The translations under genes were made by a program, and so were the position numbers. A stretch of DNA of 64,000 nucleotides from Bacilli bacterium (lineage in GTDB: Bacteria; Bacillota_I; Bacilli_A; RFN20; CAG-826): the NCBI GenBank assembly GCA_045615665.1, contig JAZLFJ010000053.1, forward strand, positions 17,109 through 81,108, given 5' to 3'. How positions within the stretch are numbered: position 1 is the stretch's first letter; the number at the start of each line of letters is the position of its first letter. Below are positions 55,393 through 64,000 of this stretch, piece by piece. Under the pieces are notes generated by a model. It made no database searches, was not told the origin of the DNA, and saw only the letters and a program-made list of their open reading frames with translations.

Positions 55393-58095
55393 ATGAGACG
55401 ATTTATTGCCTACATCTTGATGGCCTTATCCATCTTACTTGCAGTCGGAGTTTCTGCAACGACCGTTTTTTCACGTTTGAATGCTGGTCGAGAATTCACA
55501 AACTCTTATGAAGTCTTATACACCGTGGAAGGAAGCGAATCCCAAATTGAAGATGTCGCGAAAGAATTCCGCAAGAGATTAGATGACTTTGCGGTTGAAG
55601 ATTATTCGGTTGCCATTCAAGAAGACCAAACCACCAACGCTGGTGATAAAGGTCGTAAATTCGCTATCGAAGTCAGCTTTGCTGCTGATCAAAGCGAATT
55701 CGAATATATTTCAAAATATTTACCATATTCTGGTGGTAGTTTTTCTCTTATAGGTACCAAAGATGATCAATTCGTCGATGATATTTTTAAAGATAGTCAA
55801 GCTTATATCACTAAAGTTCAAGATACAATCCCATATGTTATCATTCCAGTTCCTGCTTCTGATAAAGAAAAAGTTGAGACCTTCTTAAAAGGCATCGAAG
55901 ATGCTAGTGGTGATTCTGGTAATCCAGATGTTCCAGCTCAAAATAGATTTACCCGCTTAAATGCTGAAGGCGATAGTGGGGAAGAAGGTGAAGAAGAGGA
56001 CAACACTCCAAACATCTTCCTCGTCCACGATTGGAACGATGGTGATTCTTATGAATCAGTCAGTAAAGATCCACATATCTCTAGCAAGATTTTAATGGAA
56101 TTTAATAACAAACATTTCTGGTATGAAAGTAGTAAAGAAGAACATACTGAAATTCAATATCTTTGCGGCACTCCTGATGAAGAAGGAAATTACGATTTAA
56201 AGAATTTAAAATTCGCTAACTTGAAAGCGACATATTTAAAAAATATGTTTAACGCCTCTAAATACGAAGCTGAAATTTCAACTGTTTACGTCACTGAATC
56301 CGCTAGTGGAATTGCAAACAATTACAACACACTTCAAGCTACAAATGAAAACTTGTTAGTGCTTGGTAGCGATGTTAACTTAGCTTGGTCCACAACGCTC
56401 ATCTCGACTTTAATTGCTTTAGCAATTGTTAGCCTACTCCTCGTTGTATTCTATCGTTGGAGCGCGCTTGCTGTTATTGCTAACACGGTTGGAACAGTTT
56501 TCTTAACCTATGTCGTCTTTATCTTCATGGGTTCGCTCTTCAATATTCCAGCAATCGTTGGTGGCGTCATATTAGCGGTCGCTTCTTTATTTAGCTCTGT
56601 TTATTATCTTTTCAAATTCAAAGAAGAAGTTCTTAAAGGACGCACCATTAAGAAAGCCAACCAAGAAGCTTCCCGTAAATCCAATTTGCTTGCCATTGAT
56701 GCTTCCGTCGTTCTTGCCTTTACAGGTTTAATGCTCTTCGTTTTAGGTGGAGCAGCCTTAAAACCAATGGGCGTAATCTTATTCTTCGGATCATTATTCG
56801 CTTTAGCGATGAACCTCATCGTCTTCAAAATCATGATGTATTTACTTACAAATACAACATCATTCCAAAACAAATATTCATATTTTGCAATCGATCCTAA
56901 AGATGTTCCAAATGTCTTAGAAGAAAAGAAAACCGAAACTAAGAGTGGATATGAAAACGTTAATTTCACCAAACATAGCAAATTAACTTCGATTATCTTA
57001 TCCGCTTTACTTGTAGCATCAGTTGCTGGTATCGCAGTCTTTGGCTCAATTAAAGGCTCACCACTTAATGTTGATGCCGCTACTAAAGATCATTCCGTAC
57101 TCTACGTTAATATTAACGCTGAAAATAAAGTCATCACCGATGCTGAAGCTTTTGAAGAATATGTTCTAAAGAACATTAAAGTTAATGACAAAGCTTTAGA
57201 ATACGATTCAAAAGATGGTGTAACTTATCAAAAGATCACCAAATTTGATTCAGATACCTTAAAAGAAGAAGTTCTTCCATATAATTATTTCGCTGTCGAT
57301 TTATCTAGCGTCTTAAGCGTTAACAAAGTTGAATATTCCCTTAATAAAGGTGAAAGCTACGAAGTCGCTGATGAAGGCTTAGGTTATGCTTTTGAACAAG
57401 TCATCATCTCTTTAGAAGGTATCGAAGCCGAAAAGATTGACTTCTCACTTTTAAAATCTCACGAGACAATCTCCACACCGAATCAAGGATTTGTTGCTTT
57501 AGCAACAGGTATCGCAGTTTTAGGTGCTGGATTATATATCGCTATTAGATTTAGAGTCTCACGTGGTATCGCTGCAAGTGTCGTTGCTGGTGGTTCAGCT
57601 GCAACTGCTTATGGCTTACTTGCTTTAACTCGTCTTGGAACAACAGCCTTAAGTTCAATTATGATGCCTGTCGTCGCTGTCCCAGTTCTCTTATTCGCCA
57701 TCTTATTTGCAGCGAAAGAAAAAGAACTCGTCAAAGATTCTAAAGAGGAAATCACTTTAGAAAAACGTAAAGACATAATGCAAAAAGCATTATCCTTATC
57801 CGCAAGCGGTATTATTATCATCGCAATTCTTTCAATCTATTTAGTTATTAACTATTTCGGATTTGGTTTAGCGTCAACCGCTTATATGTTTGCTGCATCT
57901 CTTGTTGGTTTAGTTGTCGGTCTAATCGCTGTTTTAACTGTGATGGGTCCATTAAGTTCTCTTTTAGACAAAGCCTTTAGCAAAATTAGACTTCCAAAAT
58001 TCCAAAAGAAAGAAAAGAAGCAAAGAATCAAACTTCACGAACAACCAAAAACCAGTGAACCAGAAGAAAGAATCTTCATTGGTATTAACGATTAA
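55393..58095 (+). CDS. secDF: protein translocase subunit SecDF (fused)
   Basis: 900 aa; two six-TM halves, each with a periplasmic domain. Confidence 0.9.
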   Translation: MRRFIAYILMALSILLAVGVSATTVFSRLNAGREFTNSYEVLYTVEGSESQIEDVAKEFRKRLDDFAVEDYSVAIQEDQTTNAGDKGRKFAIEVSFAADQSEFEYISKYLPYSGGSFSLIGTKDDQFVDDIFKDSQAYITKVQDTIPYVIIPVPASDKEKVETFLKGIEDASGDSGNPDVPAQNRFTRLNAEGDSGEEGEEEDNTPNIFLVHDWNDGDSYESVSKDPHISSKILMEFNNKHFWYESSKEEHTEIQYLCGTPDEEGNYDLKNLKFANLKATYLKNMFNASKYEAEISTVYVTESASGIANNYNTLQATNENLLVLGSDVNLAWSTTLISTLIALAIVSLLLVVFYRWSALAVIANTVGTVFLTYVVFIFMGSLFNIPAIVGGVILAVASLFSSVYYLFKFKEEVLKGRTIKKANQEASRKSNLLAIDASVVLAFTGLMLFVLGGAALKPMGVILFFGSLFALAMNLIVFKIMMYLLTNTTSFQNKYSYFAIDPKDVPNVLEEKKTETKSGYENVNFTKHSKLTSIILSALLVASVAGIAVFGSIKGSPLNVDAATKDHSVLYVNINAENKVITDAEAFEEYVLKNIKVNDKALEYDSKDGVTYQKITKFDSDTLKEEVLPYNYFAVDLSSVLSVNKVEYSLNKGESYEVADEGLGYAFEQVIISLEGIEAEKIDFSLLKSHETISTPNQGFVALATGIAVLGAGLYIAIRFRVSRGIAASVVAGGSAATAYGLLALTRLGTTALSSIMMPVVAVPVLLFAILFAAKEKELVKDSKEEITLEKRKDIMQKALSLSASGIIIIAILSIYLVINYFGFGLASTAYMFAASLVGLVVGLIAVLTVMGPLSSLLDKAFSKIRLPKFQKKEKKQRIKLHEQPKTSEPEERIFIGIND

Positions 58096-58128
58096 TAAAC
58101 TAGGCTACTTTAAGTAGCCTTTTATTTT

Positions 58129-59688
58129 ATGAACGATTTTAAAGCAAAAATTTTAAACTATTATTCTTTAAGCGAAGATGATTATGCTTCTTTAACTAAA
58201 CCTATTGAAGAAGTAAAGCTTCTTGATCCAGATTCAATCGAAGGAATGAAAGAAGTTAAGGAGCGAATTTTTAAGGCTATTAAAAATAAAGAAAAGATTA
58301 TTATCTATGGCGATTATGACTGCGACGGGATAACTTCGACATCAATCATGTTTGAAACGTTCAAAAAACTTGACTATGAAGTTTCTTATTATGTTCCTTC
58401 TAGATATATTGATGGATACGGACTTAACGTTGAAAACGTTATAAGAATAGCTGAGAATAACTTTAATCTCATCATCTGCGTCGATAATGGTATATCCGCG
58501 AATGAAGCGATTGATAAGGCAAACGAATTAGGAATAGATGTTATCGTTATTGACCATCACGAAGTGCCTGATAATAGAGTTAAGGCGGTGGGAATAATTC
58601 ATCCAACCGTGTCAAATATTTCAAACATCATCGGCTCTGCGGGTTATATGTCCCTTTTTGTTTCAGCAGCTTTACTTGGTTATTACGATGATTATTTGCT
58701 CACTCTTGCAGGGCTTTCCGTCGTCTCCGATATGATGGAATTAAAAGGCTATAATCGAGACGTAGTTAGACTCGCTATTGATAAGCTTAAAAAACATCGT
58801 TATCGAAGGCTCATGGATCTAGTGGAAAATGAACTAATTAATGAGAAAACTTTCGGGTTAGAAATCGCTCCAAAAATCAATGCTATTACGCGAGTGGTTA
58901 CAAACAAAAATATCAACCTTCTTGTTAAATATTTAACAAGTGAAGATGAAAATTACGTTAAATCTCTCCGTGACTGGATTTTAGAAAATAATGAACAAAG
59001 AAAGCTACTTACAAAGCAAGCTGTTGAGCTTATTCCAAGTGCTGATTTAGTCAATAAAAGTGGCATTGTTTTAAAGCTCGATATTTTAGAAGGTTTGATT
59101 GGTTTAATCGCCAATAGATTATTAGGAGAATATAACGTTCCAATCCTCATTTTCACTGAAGAAGAAAAGAACCCGGATGTTTTAAAAGGCTCGATTCGTT
59201 CTAAGGAGGGTTTTAATGTTGTCAAAGCTTTCGAATCTCTTTCAAAATATATTATCGACGGTGGTGGTCACGCTCTAGCGGGTGGATTATCCATTAAAAA
59301 GACTGATTTTGAAGCATTTAAAGAAGATTTTGAAAAATTATGCGCTACATACCAATTTGATAATGACGAAAAGCCATCGATTGGGATTTCTTTAACGGAT
59401 ATCAATATGGATAATTATCGTATTCTAGAAACATTTTCACCTTTTGGTGTCGGTTTTAAAGAACCTCTATTTAAAGTTAGTAATCTTCCAACTAGAGGCC
59501 TTGAATTTATTTCACAAGGTAAGCATTTATCTACACCTTTATCAATTCAAAGCAAATTGCTTGGTTTTAATATGTCTGAAAGCGTTATTAAGAGCAATTC
59601 TCACATCGATATTTTCGGAACTTTCTATTTAAATAGCAAATTTAGAACGACTCTTGAATTTAGAATTAGCGATTTTATCGCTAAATAA
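58129..59688 (+). CDS. recJ: RecJ-like DHH/DHHA1 single-stranded-DNA exonuclease (short form)
   Basis: motifs DYDCDGITS, DHH and GGGHALAGG; follows secDF as in B. subtilis. Confidence 0.7.
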   Translation: MNDFKAKILNYYSLSEDDYASLTKPIEEVKLLDPDSIEGMKEVKERIFKAIKNKEKIIIYGDYDCDGITSTSIMFETFKKLDYEVSYYVPSRYIDGYGLNVENVIRIAENNFNLIICVDNGISANEAIDKANELGIDVIVIDHHEVPDNRVKAVGIIHPTVSNISNIIGSAGYMSLFVSAALLGYYDDYLLTLAGLSVVSDMMELKGYNRDVVRLAIDKLKKHRYRRLMDLVENELINEKTFGLEIAPKINAITRVVTNKNINLLVKYLTSEDENYVKSLRDWILENNEQRKLLTKQAVELIPSADLVNKSGIVLKLDILEGLIGLIANRLLGEYNVPILIFTEEEKNPDVLKGSIRSKEGFNVVKAFESLSKYIIDGGGHALAGGLSIKKTDFEAFKEDFEKLCATYQFDNDEKPSIGISLTDINMDNYRILETFSPFGVGFKEPLFKVSNLPTRGLEFISQGKHLSTPLSIQSKLLGFNMSESVIKSNSHIDIFGTFYLNSKFRTTLEFRISDFIAK

Positions 59689-59797
59689 AATTAATATTTT
59701 AAATTGAACAAGCATATGCGCGCTTTCGGGTGTGTTTTTTTAGATATTGTTTTATAATTTGTTTAGGTACTCGTATTAACTGTCCCGGAGGTTAATT

Positions 59798-62647
59798 ATG
59801 AAAAGACTCAAAGCATTATTATTAATGAGTTTGCCCATCGCAAGCTTAATTCTTTCTGGTTGTAACTCAACTCGTGGTGGAAATAAAACGAAGAAATCTT
59901 CGTCCACCGATACGAGTACAACACTTCCTTATATTCCGCCTGAAGGTGATCCAGATGATCCAGGCACCGCTGATAACCACATCACCAAGATTTCGATGAA
60001 ATACACCAAAGATTTCTTTATGCAAGTAGGTGATGAACTCGATTTCAGCGTAACTTTCACCGGTGGTGGACCAGAATCCGAAAAAGGAATTCAATGGGAA
60101 TCATCCAATCCAAATGTCTTAAAAGTTGAAACTCAAGTTAAGACTAGTCAATGTGTCTTAACCGCCCTTAGAGAAGGATCTTCAACTTTAGTTGCTCGTT
60201 CAACATTTAATAGATCTTTGACCGATGATGTCACCATCACAGTCATCGATAATTCTGATTACACCTATTTCTGGGAAATGAATAAAACAGGTGAAACTAA
60301 GAACGATAATAAGTTATTTAATGGCGACGATGGAAAGACCAAGACCGATGGCACAGTCCAATTAGGTTATGGAAACTCTAAATTAGAATGGGAATATCAT
60401 TTCGACACTCCAACTAAAAATGTCGGTGGTGGTCAATCCTTAACTTTTGGTTCTAGCTCTGCTCCATATGGAAATGTTGATTTAGTAACAAAGAACTCGA
60501 GAAAGATTCGCTCTGTTTCAGTTTTATGTTCTTCATCTGGTTCTCATATTGATGATGGGAGCCAATACGGAACAAGTACCGATTATGGTAGTTCTTACAT
60601 ATCTATTACCATAGGTAATACTAAATATATCGATAACATTCACACTCCAAAATATAGCACCGATCAGCCTCTTGATACAGTAACTGGAGGAATATTTAAC
60701 GATGGTTCGTTAACCGGCGATATTCATATTCATTTTTCACCGACAATTAAAAACGTTGCTGAACCTAATGTTCAAGGTGGTGCGATTTATTTAAAAGCAA
60801 TCATCATCGAATATTTCCGTGGCGATTTAACTAAGATTGAAGTCGACAGCGAATCAACTCATGAAACAAACTTTTTTGTAGATTCATCATTCTCATCAAA
60901 CGGAATTATCATCAATGCCTACTATACAGAATCTCCAACAACTAAAGTTGTTGTTAATATCTATTCAAACATCCAAACTACAAATCTTGATAGCAAAGGC
61001 AAATTTATTGCTGAAGCCGCAAGTCAAGATGTCAATATTTCATATTCATTTAAAAGAAGTGAAATAGTGACTCAAACCCAAACAACGACTTATGCAATTA
61101 AAGTCCACAAAAAACTAGCTAAAGTCGATATAAGCGGAACGCTTACCAAAAGTGTTTATTTGGTAAACGAACCAATTGATTACACGGGATTAGAGGTCAA
61201 ATTATTCCCTCAAGAAGCAACGGATCCTGTAGCAACATATAATCTTGGTGATTATGCTACTCCAGCCTTTGGCAATGTGTTTGACGCTACAAATGTTCTA
61301 AAAACCGCTACAAAAACATATGAACAACAAGGTTTTGACATTAGTGTCAAGCATATTGGTTCTGAAGTAAGTGGTAGATACCACTTCGCAGCTAATGATT
61401 TGACGGTAAAGGTGGTTAGCGAAATAGTTGTTCAATATAAAGATGGCAACGAAGAATATGCGCCTACTTTAATCGCGGATCAAGTTATCGACTATAAGGA
61501 TTTCAATGTTATCGTAAATTACGATAATGGTGATACAGAAGATTTTACTTGGGCCCAAATGAAATCTAACGAATACACTGATCCAGTCACCAAGAAAGGT
61601 GTGAAGACTTTTGAATGGAACACAGTTACACCATTGGTTGCTTTGGAAGAATTTGATAACAATGGCTTCACCATTTCGGTTAAATCTAAACTAGCAAATG
61701 TAACTGGCACATTAAAAATTGAACCTGAGCAAGTCACTGTCGAATCAATTAAGAGTCTTGAAATTGTCGGCGAATTAACCAATAAGAATTACGATGAATT
61801 TGATAACATGAGTTATGATGGTTTATCTTTAAAGATAACCTATGATACCGATCGAGCTGAAACTCTTAGTTACGAAGAAGCCAAAGCTGCCGTGGGATAC
61901 ACAACTGAGCTAGATGATAAGGCCGGTGGCTATAAAACTGTTAAACAACCATTATTTAGTTTTGATTCTCCTGCTTCGGCTTTGAAATCTATGGAGCAAG
62001 AAGGCTTTGAAGTTACCGCTAAACACGAATTTTCAGATATAAGTACAACTTTAGAAATTCCTGCTCATACATTAAATGTTTCCGAATATATTGCAAAGAC
62101 ATATACGAGAGTAGATTCATTTGATGAATTTGATGCAACCGGTAATTATATTATTACCTCAATTGATCCTGAGAATAGCTCATTTGTTAGAGTCTGGAAT
62201 GGCGCATTAGATAAAGACAGTATATTCAGTGCTGGTGACACTAACTATGTTAGTTATACTCATAGTGGGCCTATCGGTAAAACCTTAGAAATCAATGGTT
62301 TGATAGGTTCGAACATTGAAAAGGCTGCATTCTATTTTGTTAAAAACGAAAATACCGTTACAGTTGAACTAATGTCTAGCAAGGATGATGCAAAACCAAT
62401 TAAATTGGCTGTTAATAGTGGTTCTGGAACATTCTCATCTAGCCCAAGATATCCTGAAAGAACTAACTTATTGACACTATTTGACCCTGTAAATATAGGA
62501 AATGTTCAATTAGGTTATAACGGTGGTACATTCCAAAGCTATGTTTACTACAATAAGCAAGCTAAATCACATCGTTTTGGCGTCTTCAACAACGGTACTA
62601 ACACAGTCCCAATTCAGATTTACAAAGTAACTTCTCCGAGTGCCTAA
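59798..62647 (+). CDS. large surface lipoprotein with Big_2 and repeated Ig-like modules
   Basis: GGAGG RBS; lipobox LILSGC; Big_2 domain; three or more internal repeats with the motif ..GF(D/T/E)(I/V)(S/T)(V/A)K.. Confidence 0.7.
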   Translation: MKRLKALLLMSLPIASLILSGCNSTRGGNKTKKSSSTDTSTTLPYIPPEGDPDDPGTADNHITKISMKYTKDFFMQVGDELDFSVTFTGGGPESEKGIQWESSNPNVLKVETQVKTSQCVLTALREGSSTLVARSTFNRSLTDDVTITVIDNSDYTYFWEMNKTGETKNDNKLFNGDDGKTKTDGTVQLGYGNSKLEWEYHFDTPTKNVGGGQSLTFGSSSAPYGNVDLVTKNSRKIRSVSVLCSSSGSHIDDGSQYGTSTDYGSSYISITIGNTKYIDNIHTPKYSTDQPLDTVTGGIFNDGSLTGDIHIHFSPTIKNVAEPNVQGGAIYLKAIIIEYFRGDLTKIEVDSESTHETNFFVDSSFSSNGIIINAYYTESPTTKVVVNIYSNIQTTNLDSKGKFIAEAASQDVNISYSFKRSEIVTQTQTTTYAIKVHKKLAKVDISGTLTKSVYLVNEPIDYTGLEVKLFPQEATDPVATYNLGDYATPAFGNVFDATNVLKTATKTYEQQGFDISVKHIGSEVSGRYHFAANDLTVKVVSEIVVQYKDGNEEYAPTLIADQVIDYKDFNVIVNYDNGDTEDFTWAQMKSNEYTDPVTKKGVKTFEWNTVTPLVALEEFDNNGFTISVKSKLANVTGTLKIEPEQVTVESIKSLEIVGELTNKNYDEFDNMSYDGLSLKITYDTDRAETLSYEEAKAAVGYTTELDDKAGGYKTVKQPLFSFDSPASALKSMEQEGFEVTAKHEFSDISTTLEIPAHTLNVSEYIAKTYTRVDSFDEFDATGNYIITSIDPENSSFVRVWNGALDKDSIFSAGDTNYVSYTHSGPIGKTLEINGLIGSNIEKAAFYFVKNENTVTVELMSSKDDAKPIKLAVNSGSGTFSSSPRYPERTNLLTLFDPVNIGNVQLGYNGGTFQSYVYYNKQAKSHRFGVFNNGTNTVPIQIYKVTSPSA

Positions 62648-62648
62648 T

Positions 62649-63338
62649 ATGAAAAAAAGATTTTTATTTATTCCTTTAATTGCTTCTCTTGTTTTTGTTT
62701 CAGCATGTTCACAAGGTGGCACTAAAAAGAAAAAGAGCTTAACCGATACGATAAGTGAACCAGATGAAGATGAAACAACTTCCAGCGCAGCTATTAAACC
62801 AAGAGCAGAAACGGTGGAAGAAGGGGAAAATCACACTCTTCCATGGACTTTAGATTACGATTCCTTTAAAGATCCAGGAAATTCGCCAAGTTATCACGCT
62901 TATAACAAGACATATGATTTTGATGGAACGAATATCTATTGTTATGGTATGAGAGCCACAACCGATATCACCGTCAGTATCAATGGTGCAGGCATTCCAT
63001 TTTCTGGTTTTAAAATCATCCATTTAGCGAAACTCGGCCACGATACTTGGGTCGATGGAGGACAACTTCAAATCTCCAAAATCGCTCCATCTAAACTAAT
63101 TCTAGAAATAGTTTCATATAAGAATTATTCCTATAATCCAAACCGAACAGCTTCGATATATGTTGGGGATACTTTACAGGTTAATCCAAAGACCGCTGAA
63201 ATAAGTGTTTCACCAATCCATGAAGAATTTAATATTCAAACTCTTACTTATGATTTAAACGCTACATCTCCAGGTCTAATCAAAATTCAAAATCGCAACA
63301 ACAATGCGATGTATTTCCAATCTATAAGATTTGAATAA
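62649..63338 (+). CDS. lipoprotein, N-terminal paralogue of its neighbours
   Basis: lipobox FVSACS; KKKKSLTDT motif after the lipid-anchor Cys. Confidence 0.65.
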   Translation: MKKRFLFIPLIASLVFVSACSQGGTKKKKSLTDTISEPDEDETTSSAAIKPRAETVEEGENHTLPWTLDYDSFKDPGNSPSYHAYNKTYDFDGTNIYCYGMRATTDITVSINGAGIPFSGFKIIHLAKLGHDTWVDGGQLQISKIAPSKLILEIVSYKNYSYNPNRTASIYVGDTLQVNPKTAEISVSPIHEEFNIQTLTYDLNATSPGLIKIQNRNNNAMYFQSIRFE

Positions 63339-63482
63339 TTAATTGATCCTAAATTAGCAACCCGTCGTGGTTGCTTTTTCTTTTCTTTAATAAGCTAAGA
63401 TATTCTTATATAATATATGTAGAAATTTGAATGAAAAACGTACGATTTCATTTGAGTTTCCTAATAGGAAAGGAGATAAAAG

Positions 63483-64000
63483 ATGAAAAAAAGTTTAATT
63501 CTAATACCTTTGGCAGCAATGGTATTAGCAGGATGTACCGTAGGAAAAAGTAGTGGTAAGAAGAAAAAATCAACTTCTGCCACTGATACCGCTCAAACAT
63601 CTGGTTCCAAAACCAACACCAATACAAGTACAACTGGTGGTAGCGGAAGTGGCAGAGGCGACACAACAGTAGTTCCTCCAGGACCATCTCTACCAACCGA
63701 ACATGAAGCTTCATTTGCTCCAAATATGACACCAGGTGAACACACCATTACCTTTGACTTTGATGCTAACTATACTACGTATAAACCAGCATTCCCATAT
63801 GTCTCAGCAGACACTGGTCTCGTTGGTATTTACTTAGATGGAATGGCGATTATGACAAATGGTTGCTGGGCTTCACAAGGTTATAATGGTGGAGCAAACT
63901 ATCTTATGATGAAAAACAAAGATGGATTCGCTGATGCAAATGGCGCAAGTTTCATTGGAAACTGTGTTGCATTAGGTACCATTTCTAAAGTTGAAATCAC
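63483..64000 (+). CDS. lipoprotein, same paralogous family; partial, runs off the window
   Basis: AAAGGAG RBS; lipobox LAGCTV; KKKKSTSATDT motif; no stop before the window end. Confidence 0.6.
   Translation, partial: MKKSLILIPLAAMVLAGCTVGKSSGKKKKSTSATDTAQTSGSKTNTNTSTTGGSGSGRGDTTVVPPGPSLPTEHEASFAPNMTPGEHTITFDFDANYTTYKPAFPYVSADTGLVGIYLDGMAIMTNGCWASQGYNGGANYLMMKNKDGFADANGASFIGNCVALGTISKVEI

Noticed and set aside
63448-63732. 94-aa minus-strand ORF overlapping the start of the third lipoprotein gene
   Set aside because: The + strand gene has a good RBS, a lipobox and a paralogous signature. The antisense ORF has none of these.
1-64000. Mycoplasma-type genetic code (TGA as Trp)
   Set aside because: Several well-supported genes end in TGA (truB, ribF and others) and are full length under the standard code.
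1-64000. tRNA, rRNA or CRISPR arrays and IS elements
   Set aside because: No T-psi-C or anticodon-arm-like conserved segments in the intergenic regions. No regularly spaced direct repeats. No transposase or integrase ORFs.

Overview
This is a low-GC window (about 32-35% GC) that uses the standard genetic code, with TGA as a stop. It looks like a Firmicute or Acholeplasma-type cell-wall-less relative, but the organism is not identified with certainty. Most of it is densely packed housekeeping genes, mostly on the + strand. Their order is Bacillus-like: rimP-nusA-infB-rbfA, truB-ribF-rpsO-pnp, alaS-ruvX-DUF1292, rplU-prp-rpmA-obg, and ruvA-ruvB-secDF-recJ. Other housekeeping content includes a MalK-type sugar ABC transporter, cysK, nagB, ftsK, a pullulanase, plsC, pdp, dtd, mnmA, greA, radC and nadE, plus a trpXYZ-like ABC operon on the minus strand. 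The clearest accessory region is an island of about 7.5 kb at roughly 8.9-16.5 kb, between cysK and rimP. It carries a DUF3800-like gene, a translationally coupled DUF3990 / DUF3791-HTH pair, and an XRE / ImmA(IrrE) regulatory pair with direct-repeat operator candidates. Downstream of that pair are three small uncharacterised genes, including a basic/acidic overlapping pair that looks like a toxin-domain/immunity cassette. Other notable items are listed below.
- A 1387-aa surface-anchored EndA-family nuclease with tandem Ig-like domains.
- An RNase J homologue in which all catalytic metal-binding motifs are degenerate.
- A TtcA-like PP-loop enzyme fused to a GNAT-like tail.
- A MalK ATPase with a C-terminal zinc ribbon.
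- NusA with a long K/E-rich repeat tail.
- An 84-aa mini-SSB-like OB-fold protein.
- A T-box leader upstream of alaS and a terminator/antiterminator attenuator upstream of the minus-strand ABC operon.
- A 58-aa membrane-peptide gene translationally coupled to radC.
- A run of paralogous lipoproteins at the 3' end of the window.
No tRNA or rRNA genes, CRISPR arrays or transposases were recognised.
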